This document shows, one piece after another, positions 38,831 through 50,897 of a DNA stretch of 64,000 nucleotides. Numbering within the stretch: position 1 is the first letter of the stretch; the number at the start of each line of letters is the position of its first letter. The position numbers and the translations under genes were made by a program. Below the pieces are notes generated by a model. The model was not told where the DNA came from. It ran no database searches and saw only the letters and a list, made by a program, of their open reading frames with translations. This DNA comes from Mobula hypostoma (lineage: Eukaryota): the NCBI RefSeq assembly GCF_963921235.1, contig NC_086097.1, positions 144,338,001 through 144,402,000 on the forward strand, written 5' to 3'.

Positions 38831-41169
38831 TGAATGTGAGAATCATAGGCGAACCAGTCCTGAAGAAGGGCCTCGGTCCAAAAAGTCAACAGTTTGTTCA
38901 TTTACAAAGATGTTGCCTGATCTGCTGAGTTGCTGCAGCATTTTGTGTGTGTTATCATAGGAGGCTGCGACAGAGAAGGTGGAGAGGGAAGCAGCTAGTC
39001 CATGTTTGTGGTGCAGATGAGAGATAACACTGAAATTGGCGCTGAGGGGTGAGGAAAACAAAAAAGAAAGCAAGGGAGAGTGAATTTTGTAAAGTGGCTG
39101 CAATTTGTTTATAGGCATGTATTAAACCCTGAGAAAAGAATTTTCTTACAAATAATGACAAAGGAAAATATCTCCAGTTTCGATCAACGCTCTCTGGGTT
39201 CCTGGAGATTACTGAATCTGAAATAGTTATCATTAGTTTAATGCTGATGTTGCAAATCTGTAAACTGAATCTCAAAGAGCACAAAATTAAATGGAATTGA
39301 CTAAAATAATTAATTATTTACTAATAGTATTACTTGTAACCTCTTGTATTATTGTGTGGTGAACTGTTTTATTGACATTTATTTTACAATCACCTTATTA
39401 AAAGCATAAAAAAGCAGCCATTGATTTGTGGAAATACGTCTTTATTCTCCTCAGAATAAGTATGGAGTGAATGACCCACCTCACTCAATAGACACCCAAC
39501 AGCCCCTGCTGCCCATTCTGCTCCACTCTAGACCAATCTCCAAAGGAACTGCAGCTCCCTCTCATGGTCAAGGTAAGAAGTTCTGCTGTGAGCTAACTTT
39601 GTTTTCTTTGGCCTCCATGTTTACTCTTTATAATTATTTAAAGGTGAGGAAAGCAATATGACCCATCTTAAATCATCCATCCAGAGAGACTGCATTCAAT
39701 AATTTGCTAAAATGATTTCATTGCTTTTGCATTCCCTACTCTAAGTGGAAGGTTATTCTACATGTTAATCCGTCTGTGTGTTTGAAGAAGAATTTCCTGA
39801 TACTTGTGCTAAAATTACTGCTGATTACTTTGAGCCTGAGACCCTGCAGCTTAATTTAATTTTCTGGGATAATTTTCTCTCCATTTGCATAAAGCTCCAT
39901 AAGTCCACTGCTCAGGCACCAGCTTCCTAAGTTTAAAAATATATAAGTCTTTTATGTGTTTGGTCTTCAGTTTTGCTTCTGGTACATTATTTTTTATTTT
40001 CCAAAGCTGCACATGATTTTCAAGGTTCAGTCAGGACAAACACTAGTTTGATTTGCTCCTCTAACTTGTATTGTACAATTGCACTGAATTATTCAATATC
40101 CTGTTGGCTTTGTTGGTTGCTGCTCTGCATTTGTTGAATTTGTTTGTAGTCAGGCTTATTAAGAATCCATGGTCTCCTTAGATTTCACTCCTAGCTATGT
40201 CAACATTGTTCAAAGGGAATGGAAAAAAGATCAGCTTTCAGGACTCAACATTAAATTCAACAATTTCAGATAATCAACATTTCCAGCATTTTGAATTCGG
40301 TTTTCCATAACTCACTGCTTTTTCTTCTGGTAATTTCAGATACCGATTCATTTCCCCCCATTTATTCCTCCTCCAGACAGACCTCTGGATCTAATGAAAA
40401 TTAATCAACTTAGAACATTAAGAGATTTTCTCTCTCCAAAGATATTTACCTGACCTGGTTAGCATTTCCAGAATCTTCTATTTTTATTTCAGATTTCCAG
40501 CAACCACAATATTTTGTTTTTGGAAAAGTTGCAATGGATTCCAAACAATTTCCTTTTGCCTTCTTTGCATTGCCACTCACCACATCCTCAACAACCACTG
40601 GAAGACAAGAGCTGTTCCTCATTTTCTTCCTTTCTACCTACTTACATTAAATTGCACTCTCCACTGTTTGTCTCTTTATGAAGCCTGTCCACCCCTTTCT
40701 CAGTTTAAAGGAGTCTACCAAACCCACCACCTCCTTTTTTTAATACTATCTGCAAGCCTGGTCACCTACTGTATCTTTGAGATCTATCACCCAGGATGGA
40801 GCAGCTGTCTGTTCAATACAAGTGGTTGATAGCAGTAGGCCAGGAAATGAAGTGACTTATCTTAGTGGCTTCCAGTGTTTCCTTGTGAAAAATTTACCAG
40901 GAAACTCCTATCAACCCCATAACATCAAGCCACCACCTCCACCCTGTTGTCAAACAGAGAGATTTTGACCTCATGATGTTCCAAAAAATTAGAAATATGT
41001 AGTATGTCTACATATTTCAACTATTTCCATTTATAGAAAGTCATTAATATAAAAGTGTGTCTTCTTCAGCATTGCTTAATGTAAAAAATGAATGCATTGG
41101 CACCTTTACATTTTATAACAGTGTAAGTTACATTGAGTTCTTTTTTAATATGTCAAAGTGCTTTGAATG

Positions 41170-42388
41170 TGATTTTTTTTCTCAGTTCCTCCAACTCCAG
41201 TGCATCTGTTCTCAAGATGAGACTGCATTACCAAACATGAGATGTCTTCTTTTTTCAAAGATTGGGATTTGCATTCCTCTTCGTCATTGATGCCCTCTTC
41301 CACATCTTCTCCAATTCCCTGACATTCACCCTCACCCCATCCTCTCTCTGCCATAATAGGAATAGGGTTTCCTTGTCCTTACCTACCACTCCACAAGCCT
41401 TTGCACCCAGCACTCCATTCTCTGTAACTTCTGCTATCTACAGTGGGATCCTACCTTCTCATCACTCCCTGCTTTCTGCACGGATCACTCTCTATGTGAC
41501 TCCCTTGTCCTGTCATTTCTCCACACAGATCTCCCTCCTGGCAGTTACCCTCAAGTGGGACAAGTGCTACCCTTGCCCCTACACCACCATCCTCACCATC
41601 GTTCAGGACCCAAACAATCCTTCCAGGTGAGACAATACTTCATTTGCTAATCAGTCAATGTCATCTAGTGTATCTGGTGCCCCTGGTGCGGCTTCCTCTA
41701 TATCAGGAGGACCTGACGTAGATCGGGGGTCGAGCTCATCCAGTACCTTTACTCAACCTGTCAAAAAAGGGAGGATTTGCTGATGGCCACCCGCTTCAAT
41801 TTCACTCTCATTCCTATTTGGACGTTGATCCATGGCCTCCTCTACGGTCATGATGAAGCCACGTTGCGGCTGGAGGAGCAACACCTCATATTCCAAATGG
41901 GTAATTTCCAACATGATGGCATGAACGTTAATTTCGCTAACTTCCAGTAATTTCTTGTCTCCTCCCCTTCTCTCTTTTTCCATTCCCCATTTTGACTCAC
42001 CCCTTTTCTTCTCCTCATTGCTGATCACCTCCCATTAGTACCTTTCCTCTTTCCTTTTCTCCCATAGTCCACTGTCCTCTCCTTCTTCAGCCTTTTATCT
42101 CTTCCACCCATAACTTCCCAGTTTCTTACTTCATCACTCCTCCCCCATCCACCTTCTCCCTCACCTGGTTCTATCTATCACCTGCCAGCTTGTACTCCTT
42201 CCCTCCCCGAACCACCAACCTTCTTATTTTGGCCTCTTCACCTTTCCTTCCAGCTCTGATGAAGTGTCTTGGCCTGAAATGTTGACTGTTTATTCCTCTC
42301 CATAGATTCTGCCTCACCTGCTGAGTTCCACTCACAATTTGTGTGTGTTGTTCTGAATTTCCAGCATTTGCAGAATCTCCTGTGTTTA
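41170..42388 (+). mobile_element. Penelope-like element, 5'-truncated and decayed (RT end, GIY-YIG, pLTR)
   Basis: FSQFLQLQCICSQDE; VI*CIWCPWCGFLYIRRT (GIY-YIG); LEEQHLIFQMGNFQHDGMNVNF; hammerhead motif CTGATGA...GAAATGTT at 42256-42283. Confidence 0.9.
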
Positions 42389-45300
42389 ATATACTTACTG
42401 TATAATCTGGATGATACCAAAAGATGATGGAAGTATATTTAATTGTCACTCTTAAAAAGGACTTAAAAGGAAATAGCTACAAAGTCCTGTGGAAAGGGAG
42501 GGAATTGTGGGATAATTGGATGGTTGACTTCGAGATAGCAGAAGTATGATATGGCGAAGAAATGGTTCCTGTATTGTAAAATTCTAGTATTTGATGCAGA
42601 GGAATTCTTGGTGTACAGGTAGCACTTAGAAAAGAATTACAATGATTATTTAGTATAGACAATTAACATTAGAGATAGGAAAACAAATATCTACTTAACA
42701 CCATTGCAAAGAGTTTATTACAGCAGTGTGGCAACTGCAACAGATTGGCCATCTGATAAGGAGAGGGTGACACTTGGAAAGAAAAGCAGAAATGACACAT
42801 AAAATCGCAAGCAACGGAATGGAGTTTCATTTCCCAAACTACCTCACAATACCGGTGCCAAATTTATTGGAGACCCCTAAGTTCAGAGACATCTGGATCT
42901 GAAGTTAATTATAGTTCTTCGTTTCTTTCTGCTCTCCTCTTTCATTCATTCAATGAATCCAGAGCATAGAGGATGTTTAATGCATCAGGATGTTCAAACC
43001 ACTCCTGTGATTGTGTAGTTCATCTCAGATTTACATTTTATCTTGTTTTTTAGCTTCATTATTTGGTGAAAGGTTCACCCTCATTTTGCCTAAGAATCCA
43101 TTTTCAATGTCTGAGGAAATTCTGAGGAAAATGGAAATGGAAAATGTTAATAGATTTTTGTTTGCTCAGAGCACCACAAAATATGGTTCAAAGGTGAGCA
43201 AGCACTGTTCGGCTATAGATAGGTTATCAATTAATATAATGGTTGGACAAGCCTGGGAGATGAATGTCTCAGGGCTCTGGAATCACTGAATGAATGAAAG
43301 AAGGGAGCAGCAAGAAACAAAGAAATGTAATTAATTTCAAAACTGAAGCAAAGGCAGACAGTAAGCGGAAAAACAATCCAGGAGGAAGAGTACGGCCCCC
43401 AGGACTGGTCGCGGCCCCCAGGCCCATCCTCCACTCCTCGAGTTTCCATTGCATGCTGATCGCAACGTGTCCTGTGACATGAAGCAGCTCAAACAAGCTC
43501 TGCACAATAAGGCTCCGTACACCGCCAGAAGGCCAACTATTGTTCCCCGCTCTGCACATGATCTTTCCACGAACCAGCCCCATTACCATGGCCCCAAGGA
43601 AGGGCGACTGAACTCCCAGGAGGAGCTCAAGTGTTATGTGGAAGCACCACGTGTAGCTAGATCCTTGGCAGCATTCCTTGCTCTTGGGTTAGAAGGCAGT
43701 CTCTGGTGAGATCTGAATAAAGGAAGTTCATTTTTTGAGACTTCAAAAGTGTGCTGTCAAACAGAATGAGTGGTCTGATATGTTAGCTTCTGTTGCTTTT
43801 GGCTAGGAATCTGAGGAAACTTGGCATAGGTCACAAACCAAGCTTTAGACAATAACCTCCTTACCTGTTAAAATACTTTACAAAAGTAAAATCGTACAAC
43901 TTAATTTTAAACAGTTGACAACTAGCCAAAATGCTGGATAAAACTAGGGGAAGGGGAAGCTCAGAAAAATAAAGGGGACTGGATAATGCAAATCATTTAA
44001 TACAAGTGTATAAAATAGTATTAGACAGAATTGGAAAACATGAAATAAAATCAGCTAAGTGCTGGAGATAACAAACATGTCAGGCAGCAACCGTGGAGAG
44101 AAGGCATAAATCTGATGATTCTCCTGCAACCATTCAACCTCGTGCAGGATACATACAAAATTCACACTCACCTGATTATGAAAGAGCACTAGCCGCAGCG
44201 CTTATTGTCTTAGCATGCAATGGTACTTGTGAGTGGCTTGCACCAGTTGAAGTTCAGAAGTGCTAGGTGAAACTCTGCCTTACATGGGAGATTGATGGTA
44301 AATGGCAGTGAGCCACTTCACAGCTGAGGGGGCTTGCAGGAAGCCAATACAGAGCATGTCCTTCAATACAAAGCACAAAGGGGGAATGTGCAGTATGTTG
44401 AGTGTGTCCTGCATTGGACCCAATGGTAAATCATGGATTGATTTTCCAGCCCATGTTTTCAAGTGCTTTACAAGTTAATCTGCTGTGGATACTTTAGCAG
44501 AGCAGGTGGAGGGAATTGTCTAACATGTTGCTGCCCAGAAAAGTGAACTAGAAACTAACCCAAAGCTTGATTGAAATCTCTGTCCCTAGTTGTCTTGAGG
44601 TCCCAATGTCAGAGCTGAACCTTTCAAACAGACTGCGATCTGGAAAGGAAATTCTGAAGTGTTTTTTTTTTGCTGATTTAAAGGACAAATTGGACTCATT
44701 CCATCATGTATATAACAAGATGGTCAGTCTAACTCTGTTCTCAACGGGCATTGGCAGGTGTGAATATTAGTGGAAACATCCAAAAGCTTATACACTCAGA
44801 ATAAAACTGCCCTCCAGAAAAAACAACTTAGTGCTGCCAATGGTTGGACCGTGATAAAGGGAGATTTGGCCAAGGTGCTGTAGTTGAATTTCAGATGGAA
44901 AAAGTCATTTTTTGTTATATTAAGATGGTCATTGCTTGGCACTGGGGCATATCTGCTACTTGCCACTTACTAGCCCATCCCTGAATGTTGCCCATTGGCA
45001 TGCAGGTATAGACTAGAGATCCATCTCAGGCTTAGCACAATGGATTATGCAGAGTCGGACAGCTGACATCACTTCTTTCCCTTGCTCTGCAGGTTCTGAT
45101 AAGCACTGAGATTGTATGATTAACAGGTTGCAGTCAAAAAAAAATTTCAGGTGGCCTTTTTCAGCTGGGTTGACTGTGCCGTGAAGACTCATTGCCTTGT
45201 ATTCTTCTGCACAAAGTCAGTGGTGGTATCAGGTGCTCCGTGACTAGTGGTTAAGCACTTGTGACCAAACAGCCACCCATTTGGCTGGCAAAAGATGGAA

Positions 45301-45419
45301 TGGATGCAAAATGGTACAAGATGAGAAGTCCCTGCTGTCAGTGATTGATCATCAAATTGCCCTGCATCTGATTGCAGACAGGCTGCATGTTGAGGGAGTG
45401 AAAATACTCACCACTGAGG

Positions 45420-45935
45420 ATTAAGTTCCTCAGGAATTTGGCAAATCCCTTTGACCCTTGCCAAATTTATGAGATACACAATTGGAAGCATCCTATCTGG
45501 ATGCCCCACAACCGTTCTACCCAAGACCACAAGAGACTGTAGAGCGTTTGTGGACACAGATCAGCACAACATGGACACCAGCATCCACGCCATGGACTCT
45601 TGCTATACCTCTCACTGCCTTGGTAAGGCAGCCAAGATAATTAAACACCATTCCACTAGGACGTTCTCTCTTCTCTCTCCCTCATTGGACAAGCACAAGG
45701 ATAGCTTCCATCCCACTGTTGTAAGACTATTGAATGGTCCTCTTGTATGACAAGATGGGCAAACTACCGCATTATGGCCTTTTATCTTTTCACCTGTCTG
45801 GTTTGCAATCCCCCTGTAATTATAAAACTTTATTCTGCATTCTGTTATTGCTTTCCCTCGCACTACCTCTATGCACCCAGGCGATGAAATGATCTTGGTA
45901 CATGTGACAGCAATAAAACTACACAGCAAAGTTAC
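45420..45935 (+). mobile_element. Rex/Babar-type LINE 3' fragment
   Basis: TLAKFMRYTIGSILSGC...HCLGKAAKIIK...DSFHPTVVRLLN. Confidence 0.8.
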
Positions 45936-46006
45936 TCATCTATATTCCCACAAAGTGCTCTCAGGGGTATGTGGCATAGTCTGTATTCCAAGTAACTTCC
46001 AATTCA

Positions 46007-46392
46007 GCATTATCCACCTATCACCTCCAGTTTCTCACTTCATTCATCCACCCCCACACACCACCTTTTCCCTCACCCCTCACCCCCAACCACCACCGTT
46101 CCCTCACCCCTCACCCACCACCTTTTCCCTCACCCCCACGCACCACCTCTCCCCTCACCCCTCACCCACCACCTTTCCCCCACCCCCACACATCACCTTT
46201 CCCCTCAACTGCCAACTTGTACCCCTTCCCCTCCCCCCACCTTCTCACTCTGGTTTCCCCTCCCGTCCTCTCCGGTCAGGTGAAGGTTCTTGGCCTGAAA
46301 CGTTGACTGTTTATTCCTTTCCATATGTGCTGCCTGGCCTCCGCGTCATTTGTGATTTTCTGGATTTCCAGCATCTGCAGAATCTATTGTAT
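46007..46392 (+). mobile_element. Penelope-like pLTR fragment
   Basis: C-rich tract, GAAGGTTCTTGGCCTGAAACGTTGACTG, GATTTCCAGCATCTGCAG; TTCCAATTCA duplicated at 45997 and 46393. Confidence 0.8.
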
Positions 46393-47777
46393 TTCCAATT
46401 CACACTTCCTGCATAAAGGGGAAGAGATGAATTTGCCTGTCTTTCACTTCCCTAAAGTAACAGTACACAGTGAGACACTCTGTTCCCAATGTCAGGCTTG
46501 AACAATGCCGAGGTGGAAAACAAATCAGGTGATTTTCTTTTACCTTTACAGTCACACAAAGTAATCCATGCGTCACTCTCAGGGGATGGTTGTTTTCTGC
46601 GGCATGTGGCTGATCTCAGTTACTGCCTCCTTAGTGGAACAAGTTCTCAGTAAGCATTTCTCCTCTTTGAGGTGCACCTAGGTACAAGTTTTTTGAGGGT
46701 CCATTTTTAGTGGCGCCTCCTCTTTCTTCCTCCTGTTCCCACTCTCTGCTACCATCCTGCCATGTTCTGTGCTTTTTTCCCTTTAGCATGACAGGTGCCC
46801 AGCGGGATGGATACCATGCAAGCTTATTTGGCAGAAAATGAGTTTAGCTAAAGGTAATAATTGAGTTTGCAATCTAAACCTAATTACAGACAGAAGTTTT
46901 TTTGTAGCTTTATCTTGTCTGACAATTGCAAGCATGGCATTTTGCTGAACCAAGCTCCTTGTACTCTGTCGCCAACAGCCCTACAAGCCAGTGAGGACCT
47001 TCTTCAACATGTTCAGGTAGTGGGGCTTTTCTTGCTGCCACTACTGGGATCCGGCTAATACCTAATACTACGTGTTAGCTGCCTTACCATGACTCGATGT
47101 TAGACCGTGTGTGTCAAACCAGTGCGGCACAAGGATGGATCTCATCTTTTGCCAAACTGTATCACTCTAATCTGGACGTACCATATACTTTCCAATGTAT
47201 GGAGTACTGCCCGTCGTGCTGTACATGGACATTTTATGACTCACAATCAAAATCTGAAATGAGTATCAAGTAGATGTACCAATAAAAGGAAATTATTTGG
47301 AACAGTTTCATTGCTTTTGGATCTACACTGATGTGTTGTTCAAGATGGTGGACCCCATGCTACCACATTGGAGCAGCTAGGCAAGTTGTCCTGTGGTGCT
47401 TGGATCCAGGAGTATCACAGGAAGAAGTGACTACTTCTTGGGCAACTTCCTCAGCCTAAAACGTCCCATGACAACTATGGGCTGACTGTCCAAATCTTCA
47501 CTTTCGTAAAGATCCAACTAAGCATATCATGAGATTACACTGGTCTTTGATTTGTTTTAGAACCCATAGACGTCCAAAACCCTGTCCATTTAGCATAGAT
47601 AAGATAAAAGTACACAGTATTTTTCCACGGAAAGGGAATCAATATTTAAATGTATAGGGGGATGATTTTAAAGGGATTGAGGGACAATATCTTCACACAG
47701 AGACTGGTGAAAGTAATTGAGGCAGGCACAAATAATGATAATTAAAAGACATTTGGATAAATATACAGAAGTTTTAG

Positions 47778-47843
47778 CAATGGTTCCCAACCTTTTTTAT
47801 GCCATGGACCCTTACCATTAACCGAGGGGTCCATGAACCCCTG
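47778..47843. mobile_element. hAT/Charlie-type MITE (right end deleted) inside a CR1 remnant (~47570-47945)
   Basis: CAATGGTTCCCAACCTTTTTTATGCCATGG...GAACCCCTG; TTTTAG on both sides. Confidence 0.75.
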
Positions 47844-49829
47844 TTTTAGTGGGACATGGGCTAATTATCAGCAAATGGGTTTAATTCACTCAGCTGGATG
47901 AGTCAGGGCTAAGGGCCTTTATCTGTACTGTTTTACTGTATGAATTTTTGAGTTCTTCTCTATCTTTGCTCCCAAACAATCAAGCAGCAGTTTTGATGGA
48001 TGGAAAAGAGTCAATCGTATACCATCATGAGATGGGCTTTCAGTATAACAGTGAACCGGTGGAGATGAACAGCACAGAAGTGTTGAAAGGAAAGGTGAGT
48101 GCCAGCTGCCTGCCTTTGATTGCTCTGGTACCCGAGAGGGGAGAGCCTGCCACTGTGCCTAGAGAATGTTACCCAGGTCTTCTGTGTTTTGACATGGACT
48201 TGGACTATTGACTATTTTTCAGTCTTACAGTTTTTTTTTATATTCTGTGTATTTCATCTGATTTTTCTCATTTTCTTTTGTGCAAGGAGGGGATTTGAGA
48301 CTTCATATGCCTGTTCCATTTTGCATGTTTTTTTGTGCGGGAGGGAGGATTTGGGGGTTGATATGCATGTTCCATTTTTGTTTGTTTTTTTGTGTGTGGG
48401 GGGGTGGAATTTGGGGGTTGACAATTGTGCTACTTTTCTTCTCTTTCTTGGTTTCATGGCTACCCGGAGAAGAAGAATTTCAGATTTGTATACTTTGTTA
48501 ACAAAAGAACCTTTGATTTGATTGATATAAGGGAGACAAGTGGAAAAGGAGGAGTTGAGTAGAAGTGTAGTATGAGGATGCTAATCTAGAACAGAAACTG
48601 AAGCATTGATGAATGGCTTGATTCAATGCTACAAATTCTCTCCATTTCTACTTAACAGCCCGGCATTCAGAATGAGCCTTGGTTTTATCATCATCAATAC
48701 ATGTAATAGACTAGCAATTGATATCAGGGATACATTTAACCCCTCATTTAGGACAAGATGGGCTGTGATGCTGGGTACCTGGAGAACTATCCTCTCCATT
48801 GTTACTCCTAGTTGCTATGAGATGATGATATCGTATACATGGCAAGAAATATTTCTTCAGGTAAAAGACATCCACAAAAAAGTGGAAGTTAATACTTTTG
48901 AACAAATCTTTCAACTTTAGGGCAAAACTACTTTCTAGCCAATTGGAGGCACTGCTAAAATGTAGAGAATTTAGCAGAGATATCTTGCACAATGTTTAAT
49001 TGGATCAGATAATCTCATTTTGGCGGACGTTAATGATTGATAAATACTGACAAGGAAATGATATTCCTTTGCTCCTTGAAATACTGCCATGAAATCTTTC
49101 AAATCCATTTGAGAGCGCCTTAGTTTTTGGGAAATCAAAAGCTGAGGCAGCTGATTCTACGTGGGCTAAGAGTTCTTTGTTGATCCTGGTGTCACTGCTT
49201 ACAGTGCTGGCTATGTAGCAGCTTGGCTTGACCTCATTTCATCAGCTACACTTCATTTTTATTTCTGGTGCTGATGGAACTGGTGGATTTCTGCCAGGAG
49301 GGCAGTGTATATATAACTGATTTCCTCCACATTAATGCAAAGGTCAACAAGGAGTGGAGCACTGTGCTGGGAATTGAGTAAAGGTTACAAATCATTGTCA
49401 TGAAAGGTGGTAAACATTGAGCTGTTAACACATAGTGGATCTTTTGCAGACATACGTTTTGGGGTTGGTTTAGTGGAGGTTGTGAAATCATATGTTACCT
49501 GCAGTGGTAGTACACGTGGTGACTTTTAGCAGTAGGCAAGAACAGGGGGGTTTGCACACATAACTAAGTTTTTGATAGCTACCTTGAACTAACAGCAAGG
49601 TTCTGACAGCAGTTGTTCTGGCTTCAATATGTGATACATTATGCTGAGCTCTCATTCTGAACCACTGATGGTTCTCACTGACTTGCATGCCAATAACTTG
49701 TCCAAAGACGAGCTGCTGGGGAATGAACCCGGCAGATGCTCCCACACTTACCGAGCCGGCCGCACACCTCTTTCCCATCCTCTTGTCATGGCGCTCTGCA
49801 AGGGAAAAGGCAGCCAACTTGTCAATGAG

Positions 49830-50335
49830 CCTGCAAGGGGTTGTGGACACAGCTCAGCACTTCACAGAAACCGGCCTTCCACCACCCCCCCCCCCGCATC
49901 CCCCATGGACTCTGTCTGCACTTCTTGCTGCCTCAGCAGTGCAGCCAGCATAATCAAAAACCCCACCTACCCTGCTGGGCATTCTCTCTTCTCCCTCTCC
50001 CTTTGGGAAAAAGATAGAAAAAGCTGAAAGCTCAGACTAGCAGACTCAATGACAGCTTCAGTCTCACTGTTATATTGATTCCCTGGTTGATAAATGGACT
50101 CTTGACCTAAAAATCAATCTCATTGTGATATTGCATCTTACTGCCTATCTGCACTGCACTTTCTCTGTAGCTGTTGTACTTTATTTTGCATTCTGCTATT
50201 GTACTACCTCAATGCACTGTGTAATTATTTGATCAGTATGAGCAGTTTGCAAGACAAGCTTTTCACTGTACCTTGGTATGCAAGATATTTTTTCACTGTG
50301 CTTTGGTTCACGTAAAAATAAGAAACCAATTCAGA
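49830..50335 (+). mobile_element. Rex/Babar-type LINE 3' fragment
   Basis: LQGVVDTAQHFTET; CCLSSAASIIKNPT; homologous to 45420-45935. Confidence 0.8.
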
Positions 50336-50626
50336 TGTCTTGGAGCACTGTGGTTCCACCGAGGCCTGGGAGTGAAGAGGCACCTCTCTTCTTTTGGCCT
50401 TTGACTTCAGATTAGTCTTCAAAAAACTGGTATGAGTAATGTAAAAGCTACCAAGTAACACCTCCCTCCATCTAATATTCTCAAAATGAATCAAAATCAA
50501 ACTTGAAATGAGATAATAAACCCTTTTAGTAGTTTGGGAGGGGGCATCCTTACACTTGCAGGATGATGACGATGGGGTGGGACTGTCGTGTAGTGGGGGC
50601 AGCACGATAGTGTAATGGTTAGCACA

Positions 50627-50897
50627 CAAACACGAGGAATACTGCAGATGCTGGAAATTCAAGCAACACACATCAAGGTTGCTGGTGAACGCAGCAGGCC
50701 AGGCAGCATCTCTAGGAAGAGGTGCAGTCGACGTTTCAGGCCGAGACCCTTCGTCAGGACTAACTGAAGAAAGAGTTAGTAAGAGATTTCTTCCTAGCTC
50801 TTTCTTCAGTCAGTCCTAATGAAGGGTCTCGGCCTGAAACGTCGACTCTACCTCTTCCTAGAGATGCTGCCTGGCCTGCTGCATTCACTAGCAACTT
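50627..50897. mobile_element. Penelope-derived inverted pLTR pair (hairpin)
   Basis: Arms ~50671-50784 and ~50789-50902; 14-bp TSD TAATGGTTAGCACA at 50613-50626 and 50898-50911. Confidence 0.9.
50726..50761 (-). ncRNA. Minimal type I hammerhead ribozyme motif (intact core)
   Basis: Minus strand reads AGUC-CUGACGA-AGGGUCUCGGCCU-GAAA-CG-UC-GACU: stem I AGUC/GACU, core CUGANGA/GAAA, stem II AGG/CCU, palindromic ACGU stem III, GUC cleavage triplet. Confidence 0.8.

Noticed and set aside
45871..46416. 181-aa Pro/His-rich ORF (also the 144-aa ORF at 28350-28784)
   Set aside because: Translation of the C-rich low-complexity tract of Penelope pLTR fragments
48085..48101. Strong plus-strand donor AAAG|GTGAGT
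   Set aside because: It appears to lie in or beside an unclassified retroposon-like repeat (~48040-48520), and no convincing acceptor partner was found
50812..50847. Second, plus-strand hammerhead as an active ribozyme
   Set aside because: The core reads CUAAUGA (G5 changed to A), a substitution known to abolish cleavage
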